The notes beneath the pieces were generated by a model that made no database searches, was not told where the DNA came from, and was given only the letters and a program-made list of their open reading frames with translations. Below, piece by piece: positions 1 through 8,558 of a stretch of DNA of 18,401 nt. The first letter of the stretch is position 1. Every line of letters starts with the position of its first letter. Made by a program: the position numbers and the translations under genes. The stretch is from Candidatus Woesearchaeota archaeon (GTDB taxonomy: Archaea; Nanobdellota; Nanobdellia; SCGC-AAA011-G17; PNOQ01), in the NCBI GenBank assembly GCA_043812195.1, contig JBDRML010000003.1:1-18401 (forward strand), in the 5' to 3' direction.

Positions 1-303
1 AGTAATATTAGTATTACCATCATTAGTCAACATCATAAAATCACCAACCAAATCACCACTACCCGTAGCATTAAGGTAAATGCTTTCATTATATTCTCCA
101 TTAGCCATCTCTCCAAAAGAGATTAAACTATCATTTATAGCACAGCTAAGTGAAGATGTAATAGTTACATTAGTAGTTCCAGTATGACTAGTAGCAGCAC
201 CAGTTAAGCTATCAACATAACTTAAACTTATCCAAGTACCTGCAACAACCACAAATAAAGCAAGAAACAATCCACCAACCAAAATATTATTATTTAATTT
301 CAA
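1..303 (-). CDS. Secreted/membrane-anchored beta-rich protein, 3'-truncated by window edge (not in ORF track)
   Basis: Open frame from TTG at 303 to the window edge: MKLNNNILVGGLFLALFVVVAGTWISLSYVDSLTGAATSHTGTTNVTITSSLSCAINDSLISFGEMANGEYNES...MMLTNDGNTNIT. N-terminal hydrophobic helix; GGGGA RBS-like site upstream; starts 1 nt after the stop of 305..556. Confidence 0.85.
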   Translation of the reverse strand, partial: MKLNNNILVGGLFLALFVVVAGTWISLSYVDSLTGAATSHTGTTNVTITSSLSCAINDSLISFGEMANGEYNESIYLNATGSGDLVGDFMMLTNDGNTNIT

Positions 304-304
304 A

Positions 305-556
305 TTAAGTATCCCCTAGACCAAATTTTTCTTCCCTACTAACAATATTCACAGCAACCATTCCAGTTCCATCAGAATTGCCAACTTCCTCCCTATATAT
401 TATATTTTGAACAGGAACATCAATCTCTGCTTTAGATAAATTATTATAAACTAATAAAGATCCAATAAAAGAAACAATAATAACAGCAACCAATAATATA
501 ACAACAATAGTATCAGAAAATTCTTTACTTCTTTTTAAACCTCTTTTCTTATTCAT
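305..556 (-). CDS. Small single-pass membrane protein (83 aa)
   Basis: Basic N-terminus, one TM helix (TIVVILLVAVIIVSFIGSLLVY), short tail; TTTAAATA TATA-like box at about 588-595 on the minus strand. Confidence 0.75.
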   Translation of the reverse strand: MNKKRGLKRSKEFSDTIVVILLVAVIIVSFIGSLLVYNNLSKAEIDVPVQNIIYREEVGNSDGTGMVAVNIVSREEKFGLGDT

Positions 557-607
557 AAATACTCAATTAAGATTAAATAAATACAACTATTTAAATCTTT
601 TCTTTTT

Positions 608-1474
608 TTAACCATTGATAATTTTAAATACAATTCGTCCTGAAATATTGTTATTCAAGTACTTTTCAGCCTTTTTACTTAATTCTCCATTACTCAAAAA
701 CAAAATAGGCAACCCTTTCTTATTAGATTCATCTAAAGCAGATATCAAATCATTATCACCAATATTTTTCTTATTTTTATACTTAACAAAATATCTCAAT
801 TTACCAATATTTGATGGAATATCAACAATAAAATTCATCTCTTTATTTTTCCTAACAGATTCTTGTGAAATCACATAAAATTCATTATCATTAAAAAATC
901 CACTTACAACAGATAAATTGTCTTCATTAATAGGAACCTTCTTTTCATTAATAACTTTTTCAGGTTCTTCTACAAATTTTTCTTCTTCAACCTTCTCTTT
1001 AACTTCTTCTTTTTTCTCAACCTTTTTTTTCCCACCAACAATTCTCTTAATATAATCTTTAATCTCTTCATTATCCATCATATACCATTTCCAAAATATT
1101 TCATAACCAGTACTCAAGCCAACATTCAATTGAATAGCATAATCTTTCAAATCCCTCAACGCAACTCTATCAGCTGGAGCCAAAGCTTTATCTCTCAAAA
1201 CTTTTTCTTTCTTAATTAATTCATAAGTTTCTTTTAATTTACCAGATAAATTCTCACTCAAAGCCTGCAATTTTTCTTCTTGTCCTTTACAATAATAATA
1301 AGGAGAACCTCCCCTCTTAACATAAGTAAGCATAACATCTTTCTTAGAAACCAATTCAGATAAAATAGCACTCGCAAATAATATATTAGTATTTAATTCT
1401 GTAGCTAATTGTGAAGGCATAATAGGACCTTCTCTTTTAACAAAGCCTAAAGCCTCTCCAACATTAGTAACCAT
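608..1474 (-). CDS. Hypothetical protein: N-terminal winged-helix-like domain, K/E-rich linker, C-terminal alpha/beta (restriction-endonuclease-like?) domain
   Basis: 288-aa ORF. GPIMPSQLATELNTNILFASAILSELVSKKDV has wHTH spacing followed by KRGGSPYYY. TATA-like TTTATATT about 20 nt upstream of the ATG. Confidence 0.8.
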   Translation of the reverse strand: MVTNVGEALGFVKREGPIMPSQLATELNTNILFASAILSELVSKKDVMLTYVKRGGSPYYYCKGQEEKLQALSENLSGKLKETYELIKKEKVLRDKALAPADRVALRDLKDYAIQLNVGLSTGYEIFWKWYMMDNEEIKDYIKRIVGGKKKVEKKEEVKEKVEEEKFVEEPEKVINEKKVPINEDNLSVVSGFFNDNEFYVISQESVRKNKEMNFIVDIPSNIGKLRYFVKYKNKKNIGDNDLISALDESNKKGLPILFLSNGELSKKAEKYLNNNISGRIVFKIING

Positions 1475-1678
1475 AAAAAGAGAAGCCTAACTCAATATAA
1501 AAAGATTATGGGTTAATTGAGGAGATATATTATTAAAAAATAATCCAATGAGTACATTACAGCTAGCAAACATGATGCTATTTACAATTCACGGACTTTA
1601 TCCCCATTTAAAGATTTTATAGGGGGAGAAAAATATCATAAGAACAGGATATAAAAATAAATCAATTTGGAAAGCAAG

Positions 1679-2218
1679 TTAAGGTCTCAACCACTGACAA
1701 ACGTAAAAGGTTACATCATCCTCAGAATCCACAATTCCCAACAATAAACTCTTCCGAGTAGAATGTGCCACTCGATTTTTAGCACTAAAGTCATACCAAG
1801 TCATAGAGCTACTCTCATGAACAGGATACAAAATCCACTTAGCATGATCATCTCCAGGTTTAATACCCCTATCATAAACTCTAAAATCAGCTCCAAATTT
1901 CAAAGCTGTTTTAACAATATATCCTCTAGATCTCATCTCTTTAAAAACACAATACCTTATCCAAAAATTAGGCTCAAATTTCTTTGCTTTAATTACAAAT
2001 TTATCAAAACTAATCTTCTTATTCCTTCCGTCAACAACATTCATCTTGCTATTTTCAATTAAATATAAAGCTTCCACTAAAGCATATACAATTTTCTTCC
2101 TTTTTGGCTCTCCAAATCTACTTTTATCATACAAAGCCCTACTAACTGAATCATCCTCAGCTAATACGCTTTCTCCTGAAAATACAGCCACAATTTTCTC
2201 CGGTTCCATCCTTTTCAT
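1679..2218 (-). CDS. endA: tRNA-intron (splicing) endonuclease, catalytic subunit
   Basis: Motif RGYIVKTALKFGADFRVY...DDHAKW...NRVAHSTRKSLL retains the Tyr/His/Lys triad. About 179 aa, single-unit size. Start is ATG 2218 or 2209 rather than TTG 2224. Confidence 0.96.
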   Translation of the reverse strand: MKRMEPEKIVAVFSGESVLAEDDSVSRALYDKSRFGEPKRKKIVYALVEALYLIENSKMNVVDGRNKKISFDKFVIKAKKFEPNFWIRYCVFKEMRSRGYIVKTALKFGADFRVYDRGIKPGDDHAKWILYPVHESSSMTWYDFSAKNRVAHSTRKSLLLGIVDSEDDVTFYVCQWLRP

Positions 2219-2224
2219 AAACAA

Positions 2225-2258
2225 AAATTATTTAAAAAGCTTTGGTTTAAAAGAATAT
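2225..2258. promoter_or_regulatory. Overlapping divergent TATA promoters for endA and rnz (leaderless)
   Basis: TTTAAAAA at 2231-2238 lies about 20 nt before ATG 2259. Minus-strand TTTTAAAC (2252-2245) or TTTAAATA (2236-2229) lies 20-27 nt before the endA ATGs. Confidence 0.55.
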
Positions 2259-3152
2259 ATGAAATTAATATTTTTAGGGACCTCTTCAATGGTTCCAACT
2301 AAAGAAAGGAATGTATCTTCAACTTTGCTAATTCATAATGGAGAACACATCTTGATATATTGTGGAGAATGAACTCAACCACAATTAAAGATAGCAGGAA
2401 TCAGTCCAACCAAGATATCTAAAATTTTAATCACTCATTGGCATGGAGATCACATCTGGGGCCTACCAGGACTATTACAATCAATTGCTTCAACTAATAA
2501 AAAACAAGAAATAGAAATATACGGACCTAAAAGAACCTTGGAATTCCTTAAAAACATGAAAAAAGCTTTTTCTCCTTCACAAAATATGAAATTCAATGCA
2601 AAAGAAATTATAAAAGAATCTAAAATCATAGATACTAAACATTTTGAAATTAGAGCTAAACCAGTAAGTCATTCAACGCATTGCTTAGCTTATTCATTCA
2701 AAGAAAAAGACAAAAGAAGAATAAACTTAGAATACACTAAAAAATTCGGATTAACTAAAGATCCATTACTAGGAAAACTCCAACAAGGTAAAACAATAAT
2801 ATACAAAAAAAAGAAAATCACACCAGAAAAAGGAACTATACTAATTCCAGGTAAAAAAATAACATTCATAACAGATGTTAAAAATTCAAAAGACCTAATT
2901 AAATTCGCTCAAAACTCAGACCTATTAATATTAGAATCCACACTATCAGATGACCTCAAAAAAGAAGCAGCTAAAACAATGCATTTAACAGCAAAGCAAG
3001 CAGCAGAAATAGCAAAAGCAGCAAAAGCTAAAAAATTAATATTAACTCATTTCAGCCAAAGATATAGGTCAACACGTGAATTAGAAGAGCAAGCTAAATC
3101 AATATTTAAAAATACTGAAGCTGCAAAAGATTTTATGTCCATCACAATATAA
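2259..3152 (+). pseudogene. rnz: Ribonuclease Z, full length (297 codons) but interrupted by in-frame TGA at 2370-2372 (pseudogene or sequence error)
   Basis: One frame: MKLIFLGTSSMVPTKERN...ILIYCGE*TQPQLKIAG...ITHWHGDHIWGLPGLL...YGP, continuing into the 2538..3152 ORF (exosite GLTKDPLLGKLQQG, MHLTAKQAA, LTHFSQRY). Confidence 0.9.
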
Positions 3153-3187
3153 ACATTTAAGAACTAGTTATCATTTGTAAAATTGCA

Positions 3188-3817
3188 ATGGCAGAATTAA
3201 TCATTACATACGAAACTTTATATGATATTCTAAGAAAAGAAAAAACAAATGTAGAGCTCCAAAATCTAGATGATGATTTCTATAAAAACGCTACAGATTA
3301 TATAAAACAAAAAAAAGAGATTCTAAGTTCACAAGAGAAAAAACAAAGCATATTTACCACAATAGAAGTCCAAAAAACCAGAAAACAAATAGAAAACGTA
3401 CAAAAAATACTAAAAGAACTATACGAAAGAAGAGAATCCAAGATAATACAATTAGCATTAATGGGTTCAAGAACCAATATTTTAACAAATGATAAAGGAC
3501 TAATGCTTAATGAAGAAAAAGAATTCTATGATCAGATATCAAGTCATTTAAATAGATTCAGAGAAGGCGTATTAAACCAAATAGTTCAAGGATTAGAGCC
3601 CAATAATAAACCAAAACAAGAACCAAAAGACTTAAAAACCGACGTAATGCCTTCAAAAACAACAACATTGTTAAGATTAACCAATGAAATACCAAAATTC
3701 GTTGGTACGGATTTAAACACTTACGGCCCTTTTGAAAGGGAAGATGTAGCATCTCTACCTAACGAAATAGCAGAATTGTTAATAAAGAAAAACAAAGCAG
3801 AGGAACTCAAGCAATGA
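3188..3817 (+). CDS. gins15: GINS complex subunit (Gins15/Gins51 type)
   Basis: Helical A-domain (LRKEK...LQNLDDDFY...ERRESKIIQLA...EEKEFY) plus C-terminal B-domain (IPKFVGTDLNTYGPF..EDVASLP); canonical position before rpl44e. Confidence 0.9.
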   Translation: MAELIITYETLYDILRKEKTNVELQNLDDDFYKNATDYIKQKKEILSSQEKKQSIFTTIEVQKTRKQIENVQKILKELYERRESKIIQLALMGSRTNILTNDKGLMLNEEKEFYDQISSHLNRFREGVLNQIVQGLEPNNKPKQEPKDLKTDVMPSKTTTLLRLTNEIPKFVGTDLNTYGPFEREDVASLPNEIAELLIKKNKAEELKQ

Positions 3818-4125
3818 AAATTCCTAAAACAAAAAAAACATATTGTCCTAAATGCAAGAAACACACAGAGCATAAAGTATCTCAAGCTAAAACAACAGGA
3901 GCAAGAGGTACTTTAAAAAGAGGATCTATTTCAAGATCTAGAAAGAGGGGTTTAGGAAGAGGTTGCGGGAATAAAGGAAGATGGGGCTCTAAACCACCAA
4001 TCTCTAAATGGAAAAGATCTGGAGTAAAAACAAGCAAAATCATAGTCTTAAAAATTACATGCACTGAATGTAAAAAATCAAGTTTACAAAATCTAAAAAG
4101 AGCAAAGAAGGTAGAAACAAAATGA
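3814..4125 (+). CDS. rpl44e: 50S ribosomal protein L44e (eL42)
   Basis: MKIPK...[14 protein letters not shown]...[18 protein letters not shown] overlap with gins15. Confidence 0.97.
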   Translation: MKIPKTKKTYCPKCKKHTEHKVSQAKTTGARGTLKRGSISRSRKRGLGRGCGNKGRWGSKPPISKWKRSGVKTSKIIVLKITCTECKKSSLQNLKRAKKVETK

Positions 4126-4301
4126 TGAAAAAACCAAAAAGTAAGTTCCTTAAAGTAAGATGCTCTAAATGTAAAAATGAGCAAATCCTATTCGAAAAAG
4201 CTTCTAATAAAATACATTGCTTAGTCTGCAACGAAGTTTTAGCAATTCCCAAAGGTGGAAAAGCAGATATAAAAGCAAATATTTTAGAAGTTCTAGAATA
4301 A
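4122..4301 (+). CDS. rps27e: 30S ribosomal protein S27e (not in ORF track)
   Basis: Manual translation: [60 protein letters not shown]4 zinc ribbon. Confidence 0.97.
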   Translation: MMKKPKSKFLKVRCSKCKNEQILFEKASNKIHCLVCNEVLAIPKGGKADIKANILEVLE

Positions 4302-4303
4302 AA

Positions 4304-5077
4304 ATGTTTTATAAGAAAAAAGGAATACCGGAATCTAATGAAATAGTATTGGTAACCGTAAAGAAAATTCTATACCATTCTGTTTTTGCAAAGTTAGATG
4401 AATATGAAAACCTAGAAGGTATGATCCATATCTCAGAGATAGCACCAGGAAGAATAAGAAACATAAGAGATTATGTAAAAGAAGATAAAAAATTAGTATG
4501 TAAAGTTCTAAGAATAAATAAAGAAAAAGGCCATATAGATCTCTCACTAAGAAGAGTTAACCAATCCCAAAGATTAAACAAAAGTTCAGATTTTAAACAA
4601 GAAACAAAAGCAGAAAAACTTCTTGAAATGATTGGTAAAGAAATAGACAAAGATCTTCCAACAATGTACAAAGAAGTTGGTTTCTCTTTAATAGAAACTT
4701 ATGGTTCATTAAATATAGCATTTCAAAGCATGGCACTAGATGATGAACAAATAAAAAAATTCAAACTATCTAAAAAATTAGAATCAAGACTTCTAGAAGT
4801 AATCAAAAGTAAAATCAAAACTCCAGAGATAGAAGTAAAAGGAATATTAGAATTAAATTCAGAAGCTCAAAATGGAGTAGAAATAGTTAAAAACATCTTA
4901 TTAAAAATACAAAAAGGAACAATAAAAGTAACTTACATAAGCGCTCCAAGATACAAAATACAAGTTACAGCATCAGATTTCAAAACAGCTGAAGGATTAA
5001 TTAAACAAGCACAAGAAGATGCAATTAAAGAAATAGAAGAAGCTGGTGGCACAGGTTCATTCCTAAAATTAAAATGA
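4304..5077 (+). CDS. eif2a: Translation initiation factor 2 subunit alpha
   Basis: S1 domain (LDEYENLEGMIHISEIAPGRIRNIRDYVKE...KGHIDLSLRRV), C-terminal YISAPRYKI. True start is ATG 4304, just after the rps27e stop. Confidence 0.97.
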   Translation: MFYKKKGIPESNEIVLVTVKKILYHSVFAKLDEYENLEGMIHISEIAPGRIRNIRDYVKEDKKLVCKVLRINKEKGHIDLSLRRVNQSQRLNKSSDFKQETKAEKLLEMIGKEIDKDLPTMYKEVGFSLIETYGSLNIAFQSMALDDEQIKKFKLSKKLESRLLEVIKSKIKTPEIEVKGILELNSEAQNGVEIVKNILLKIQKGTIKVTYISAPRYKIQVTASDFKTAEGLIKQAQEDAIKEIEEAGGTGSFLKLK

Positions 5078-5229
5078 AAAAACAAATTCTATATTGTAAA
5101 GATTGTGATGAATTCACTTTAAAAAACAAATGTCCTGAATGCAATAAAAAAACTGAAAACCCTAGGCCTGCAAAGTATTCTTTAGATGACAAATACGGAA
5201 AATGGAGACGCATTGCTAAGCAAAATTAG
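5074..5229 (+). CDS. nop10: H/ACA RNP protein Nop10 (not in ORF track)
   Basis: Manual translation: MKKQILYCKDCDEFTLKNKCPECNKKTENPRPAKYSLDDKYGKWRRIAKQN*; ATGA overlap with eif2a. Confidence 0.95.
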   Translation: MKKQILYCKDCDEFTLKNKCPECNKKTENPRPAKYSLDDKYGKWRRIAKQN

Positions 5230-6460
5230 TTAGATTCTTCTGAGAAATAACCTTATCTTTTTCATCTAAAATAATGCGACCATAAACTCCATCAAAACCA
5301 CATTCTATTTTTAAATTACCTTCTCTATTTTTCAAAATTATATTAACTAATTTCACATCAACAACCTTTAATAAATCTTCTTTACTAGCTTTCAACAAAA
5401 CATTAAACTCATTTCCAAACTTAGTAACTAATCTATTATAAATATCCCAAACTTTTATAGAACCTAATCCAACAATCCCATTAACAGCAGCAATTAATTC
5501 ATGTAGAGGAAGTAAAGAATAAAAAGGAACAGCATTCTCTCTCTTATATCCTTCAGGACGATCAGATAATAATTCAATCCTATCTGCAACACCTACTGTC
5601 ATTTTTTTACTACACTTTGGACAAATACGATTAAGCTTTTTAGATTCTACTGGATCACATGAAAAACTACAGTTTCTATGCCCAGAAAAGTGGTACTTGC
5701 CATAAAAAACAGGAGTCTCAACAGTGCTTTTCAAACCTTCGCCTGTTCTAATAGCTTTTAATACATTATCATAACTTAGCTCTCCAAAATCAAAAACAGT
5801 AGCCTCTCTACCAAGCCTCCAGGGCCAGTACGAATGGGAATCGCTAAAACTAACTAACTGAAATTTATCCAGCACACTAAGTCTCCAATTATCAGAAGGA
5901 TTACTACTCATTCCAGTTTCCAAAGCATGAATATATTTTGTGTTGTCCTTAAAACAATCCTCAACTTTAGAAAATTGGCTATATTCTCCCAATATTGAAA
6001 AATGTGATGTCCAAGCATGAGCAGGAATAATTTCAATATCAGTACTAATTTTTCTCATCATATCCACTAACTCTACACTATCAAACCCAAAAATAGGCCT
6101 TCCATCATAATCCATACGTCCTTTTTTACCTAAAGCCTCAATAATTTGATCAACTACCCCAGAACTAGGTGCTAAAATAACATGGTGAACTCTCCTACCT
6201 TTGCCATCTTGGGTATAAATTAAACTTATCTCAGTCTGCCATAAAAACGGAAATTTGGTTTTACTCCACAAAATTCCTTTATCGTCTTCCTTTAAATTTT
6301 CTTTAATTTCTTTATTCCATTTGGGATGTTGAAAATCAGAGGTACTTAATAAATTTAACCCCTTTATCCGAGCGTATCTTTCTAGATTATTTAGGGTAAT
6401 AGATTTACTACATGCCCTAGAAAATCTAGAATGTAAATGAAGATCACTTATAAATTCCAT
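5216..6460 (-). CDS. Endonuclease Q family protein (PHP domain + Zn finger, TIGR00375-like)
   Basis: DLHLHSRFSRA, IIPAHAWT, SFSDSHS, LGREAT, YGKYH..GHRNC, CPKC...GVADRI, GFDGVYG; RBS GGGGTGAT upstream. Confidence 0.92.
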   Translation of the reverse strand: MEFISDLHLHSRFSRACSKSITLNNLERYARIKGLNLLSTSDFQHPKWNKEIKENLKEDDKGILWSKTKFPFLWQTEISLIYTQDGKGRRVHHVILAPSSGVVDQIIEALGKKGRMDYDGRPIFGFDSVELVDMMRKISTDIEIIPAHAWTSHFSILGEYSQFSKVEDCFKDNTKYIHALETGMSSNPSDNWRLSVLDKFQLVSFSDSHSYWPWRLGREATVFDFGELSYDNVLKAIRTGEGLKSTVETPVFYGKYHFSGHRNCSFSCDPVESKKLNRICPKCSKKMTVGVADRIELLSDRPEGYKRENAVPFYSLLPLHELIAAVNGIVGLGSIKVWDIYNRLVTKFGNEFNVLLKASKEDLLKVVDVKLVNIILKNREGNLKIECGFDGVYGRIILDEKDKVISQKNLTNFA

Positions 6461-6585
6461 TGGTTGATCACCCCATATTTAATTTTATTTTTTATAAAAA
6501 CAGAGAAAGATCCATCTAACTTAACAAAAGTGGTTCTTCTTGACAAATCTTCTAACTCCACAACACCAGTTTTTTCACAATTCAT
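6448..6585 (-). CDS. Possible 45-aa small protein upstream of EndoQ
   Basis: MNCEKTGVVELEDLSRRTTFVKLDGSFSVFIKNKIKYGVINQWNL*. TATA-like TATATAAA about 21 nt before the ATG; the stop overlaps the EndoQ start. Confidence 0.35.
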   Translation of the reverse strand: MNCEKTGVVELEDLSRRTTFVKLDGSFSVFIKNKIKYGVINQWNL

Positions 6586-6649
6586 ATACTTATATATTAA
6601 ACTAACTTTATATACTTTACGTCGGTATTTGGCAAGCTTCTTAATAAAT

Positions 6650-7579
6650 TTACGCTTCTAGAATCTTTATATTCACGCTTGTATCTTCAACATATTTATA
6701 GTCTAATTCAATATCTATATCTCTTTCATAAGAAGAGCTTCCATCAATATTCATAGTACAAATCACATTCTTTGGTTCAATTCCAACCTTAACAAATCCA
6801 ACATTACTTTCTCCACTAACAAAATTGCAATTAATATCACTTGGACTTACAGTTAATTTAACCATTTCTTTCTTAGCAGCTAAAGTCACAGGATCACTCA
6901 AACTTGAGCACACACTATCAAATGCATAAACATCTCCAATACCACTATTTGCAATAACTAATTTAAAACTAACAGAACTAGAACCACTTAATTGCTCTGT
7001 AAATGAAGTAACTTGAATAGGCCCACTAGAAACACCACCACTAATTATTTTCTCACCTTCAACATCACAAACACTTGTTTCCTCAACAATATCTATATTT
7101 TTAGAAGTTGCACAAGAAGTAACAACAGCTTTTGTTTTATATGGATAACAAACTCTAGCAAATAATTGTTTATCTGTAAATCCAGAAACTTCTCTATTAT
7201 ACTTCAAAGTTCCCATAGAAACAACTTGCTCTCCACCTTCTTCTAAGAAATCTTTTTTAATCCCTCTTATCTGTCCTTCTACTTTCTTATAATTATCATC
7301 TAAACCATATTCATCAAAAGGTAATCCATATAATTGCACTTCAGCTAAATTTTCAGCAATATCATCCTCTCCATTATTTTTTAATAAAACACTTACTGGA
7401 ATCTCCTGTCCTTGTGTAAATTCATTTAATGGTGCACCTTCAACAAAAGAAATATCTACCCCATCAGAACCTCCAACAAAAGCCCCAATAGAAACTGGAT
7501 CATCATTACATCCAGATATAAATACTACTAATAAAACAAGAACCACCAATAAATACCTCTTTTCCATTATACTATTCAA
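6650..7579 (-). CDS. Predicted lipoprotein, beta-sandwich rich (paralogue 1)
   Basis: KRYLLVVLVLLVVFISGC lipobox; GAGGGG RBS before TTG 7579 (alternative ATG 7567). Confidence 0.88.
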   Translation of the reverse strand: MNSIMEKRYLLVVLVLLVVFISGCNDDPVSIGAFVGGSDGVDISFVEGAPLNEFTQGQEIPVSVLLKNNGEDDIAENLAEVQLYGLPFDEYGLDDNYKKVEGQIRGIKKDFLEEGGEQVVSMGTLKYNREVSGFTDKQLFARVCYPYKTKAVVTSCATSKNIDIVEETSVCDVEGEKIISGGVSSGPIQVTSFTEQLSGSSSVSFKLVIANSGIGDVYAFDSVCSSLSDPVTLAAKKEMVKLTVSPSDINCNFVSGESNVGFVKVGIEPKNVICTMNIDGSSSYERDIDIELDYKYVEDTSVNIKILEA

Positions 7580-7628
7580 TTATATCCCCTCATTTATATA
7601 GTTTTTCAAACTGAAATAGATTCTAATT

Positions 7629-8534
7629 TCATGCAAGTGGTTCTAATTTAACATCTCTAATTGGAACTGAAACTCTATAAGTATAATCCATATCTATATT
7701 TAAACTATCTGTATAATAAGGGCTAGTTAAATCAAATAAAGAGTTACATCTTATCTTTTTAGTAATATCAGACATATCAATTTTATCATCTTCTGTTAAT
7801 GGCCCACATGTAAAATCAGATTCAGTATTTGTAAATGAAACATCAACACCAAATCTTGGTTTTTTTGTATTTAAATCAATTACAAGTCCAGTCGTATCTT
7901 TTCTAAAATAAATATCTAAAACTATTCTGTTCTGGTCCCCATCAGGAACAATTTGGCTTTCAATTTGATCCACAATCAAAGGAGCAAAATCAGAATTAAT
8001 CTCATTTCCCAAATAAGTAGTTTTTACACTACAATCAAAATCTTCAGGAACTACACTTATATCTCTAAATAAACAGACATTAGTACGAGAACTAGATACA
8101 AGAGAATATGTTAAAGTTACTAAGAAATTAGTGTCTTTCACACCACTATTCTTTAAGTTAATATATGGTTCTGCTTCAAATTCCACAGGTCTTTCTTGAA
8201 CATAAGGATCAACAGCACCTTCAAATTCAGTAGCAGCAAGTAAAGAAACTGTCTTACATGGATTTCCTTGTATTCCTCCATATATGTCTGATGGAAGATC
8301 TTCAACACAAACTTCCACATTATTAACAGCTCTTGGAATATTATTAGTTAATTGAATTGCAATATCAAAATTCTGATTTTCAATAATAAAATCTGTTGGT
8401 GGCCTTCCTTCCATAATTTTCATATCAACACCCCCTATATTAGTTTCTTCAGAACCACCAGGTCCAAACACACATCCAGAAATAAATAAACCAAATACAA
8501 TAAACAAAACTAATAACATACCCCTATTTTTCAT
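7629..8534 (-). CDS. Predicted lipoprotein, beta-sandwich rich (paralogue 2)
   Basis: MKNRGMLLVLFIVFGLFISGC lipobox; shares motif order with 6650..7579. Confidence 0.88.
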   Translation of the reverse strand: MKNRGMLLVLFIVFGLFISGCVFGPGGSEETNIGGVDMKIMEGRPPTDFIIENQNFDIAIQLTNNIPRAVNNVEVCVEDLPSDIYGGIQGNPCKTVSLLAATEFEGAVDPYVQERPVEFEAEPYINLKNSGVKDTNFLVTLTYSLVSSSRTNVCLFRDISVVPEDFDCSVKTTYLGNEINSDFAPLIVDQIESQIVPDGDQNRIVLDIYFRKDTTGLVIDLNTKKPRFGVDVSFTNTESDFTCGPLTEDDKIDMSDITKKIRCNSLFDLTSPYYTDSLNIDMDYTYRVSVPIRDVKLEPLA

Positions 8535-8558
8535 AATACAATAAAAGCAAAACTCTAT

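Noticed and set aside
940-1035. Low-complexity TTC/TTT-rich tract as a DNA repeat
   Set aside because: Explained by the K/E-rich linker (KKKVEKKEEVKEKVEEEK) of the 608..1474 protein.
1548-1633. 24-codon ORF and imperfect hairpins (TCCCC...GGGGA; TAGCA...TGCTA) in the 200-bp spacer
   Set aside because: Short, no motif or clear promoter, and the stems are short; at most a terminator-associated structure or gene remnant.
2370-2372. Genome-wide TGA=Gly recoding (code 25) or selenocysteine
   Set aside because: TGA terminates gins15, rpl44e and eif2a at normal C-termini; no other long gene here has an internal TGA; the aligned residue is Gly, not Cys.
2046-2372. 108-aa plus-strand ORF as a separate gene
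   Set aside because: Its 5' part is antisense to endA and its 3' part is the RNase Z N-terminus from ATG 2259.
4217-4303. N-terminal extension of aIF2alpha in the ORF track
   Set aside because: Overlaps rps27e in another frame; the real start is ATG 4304.
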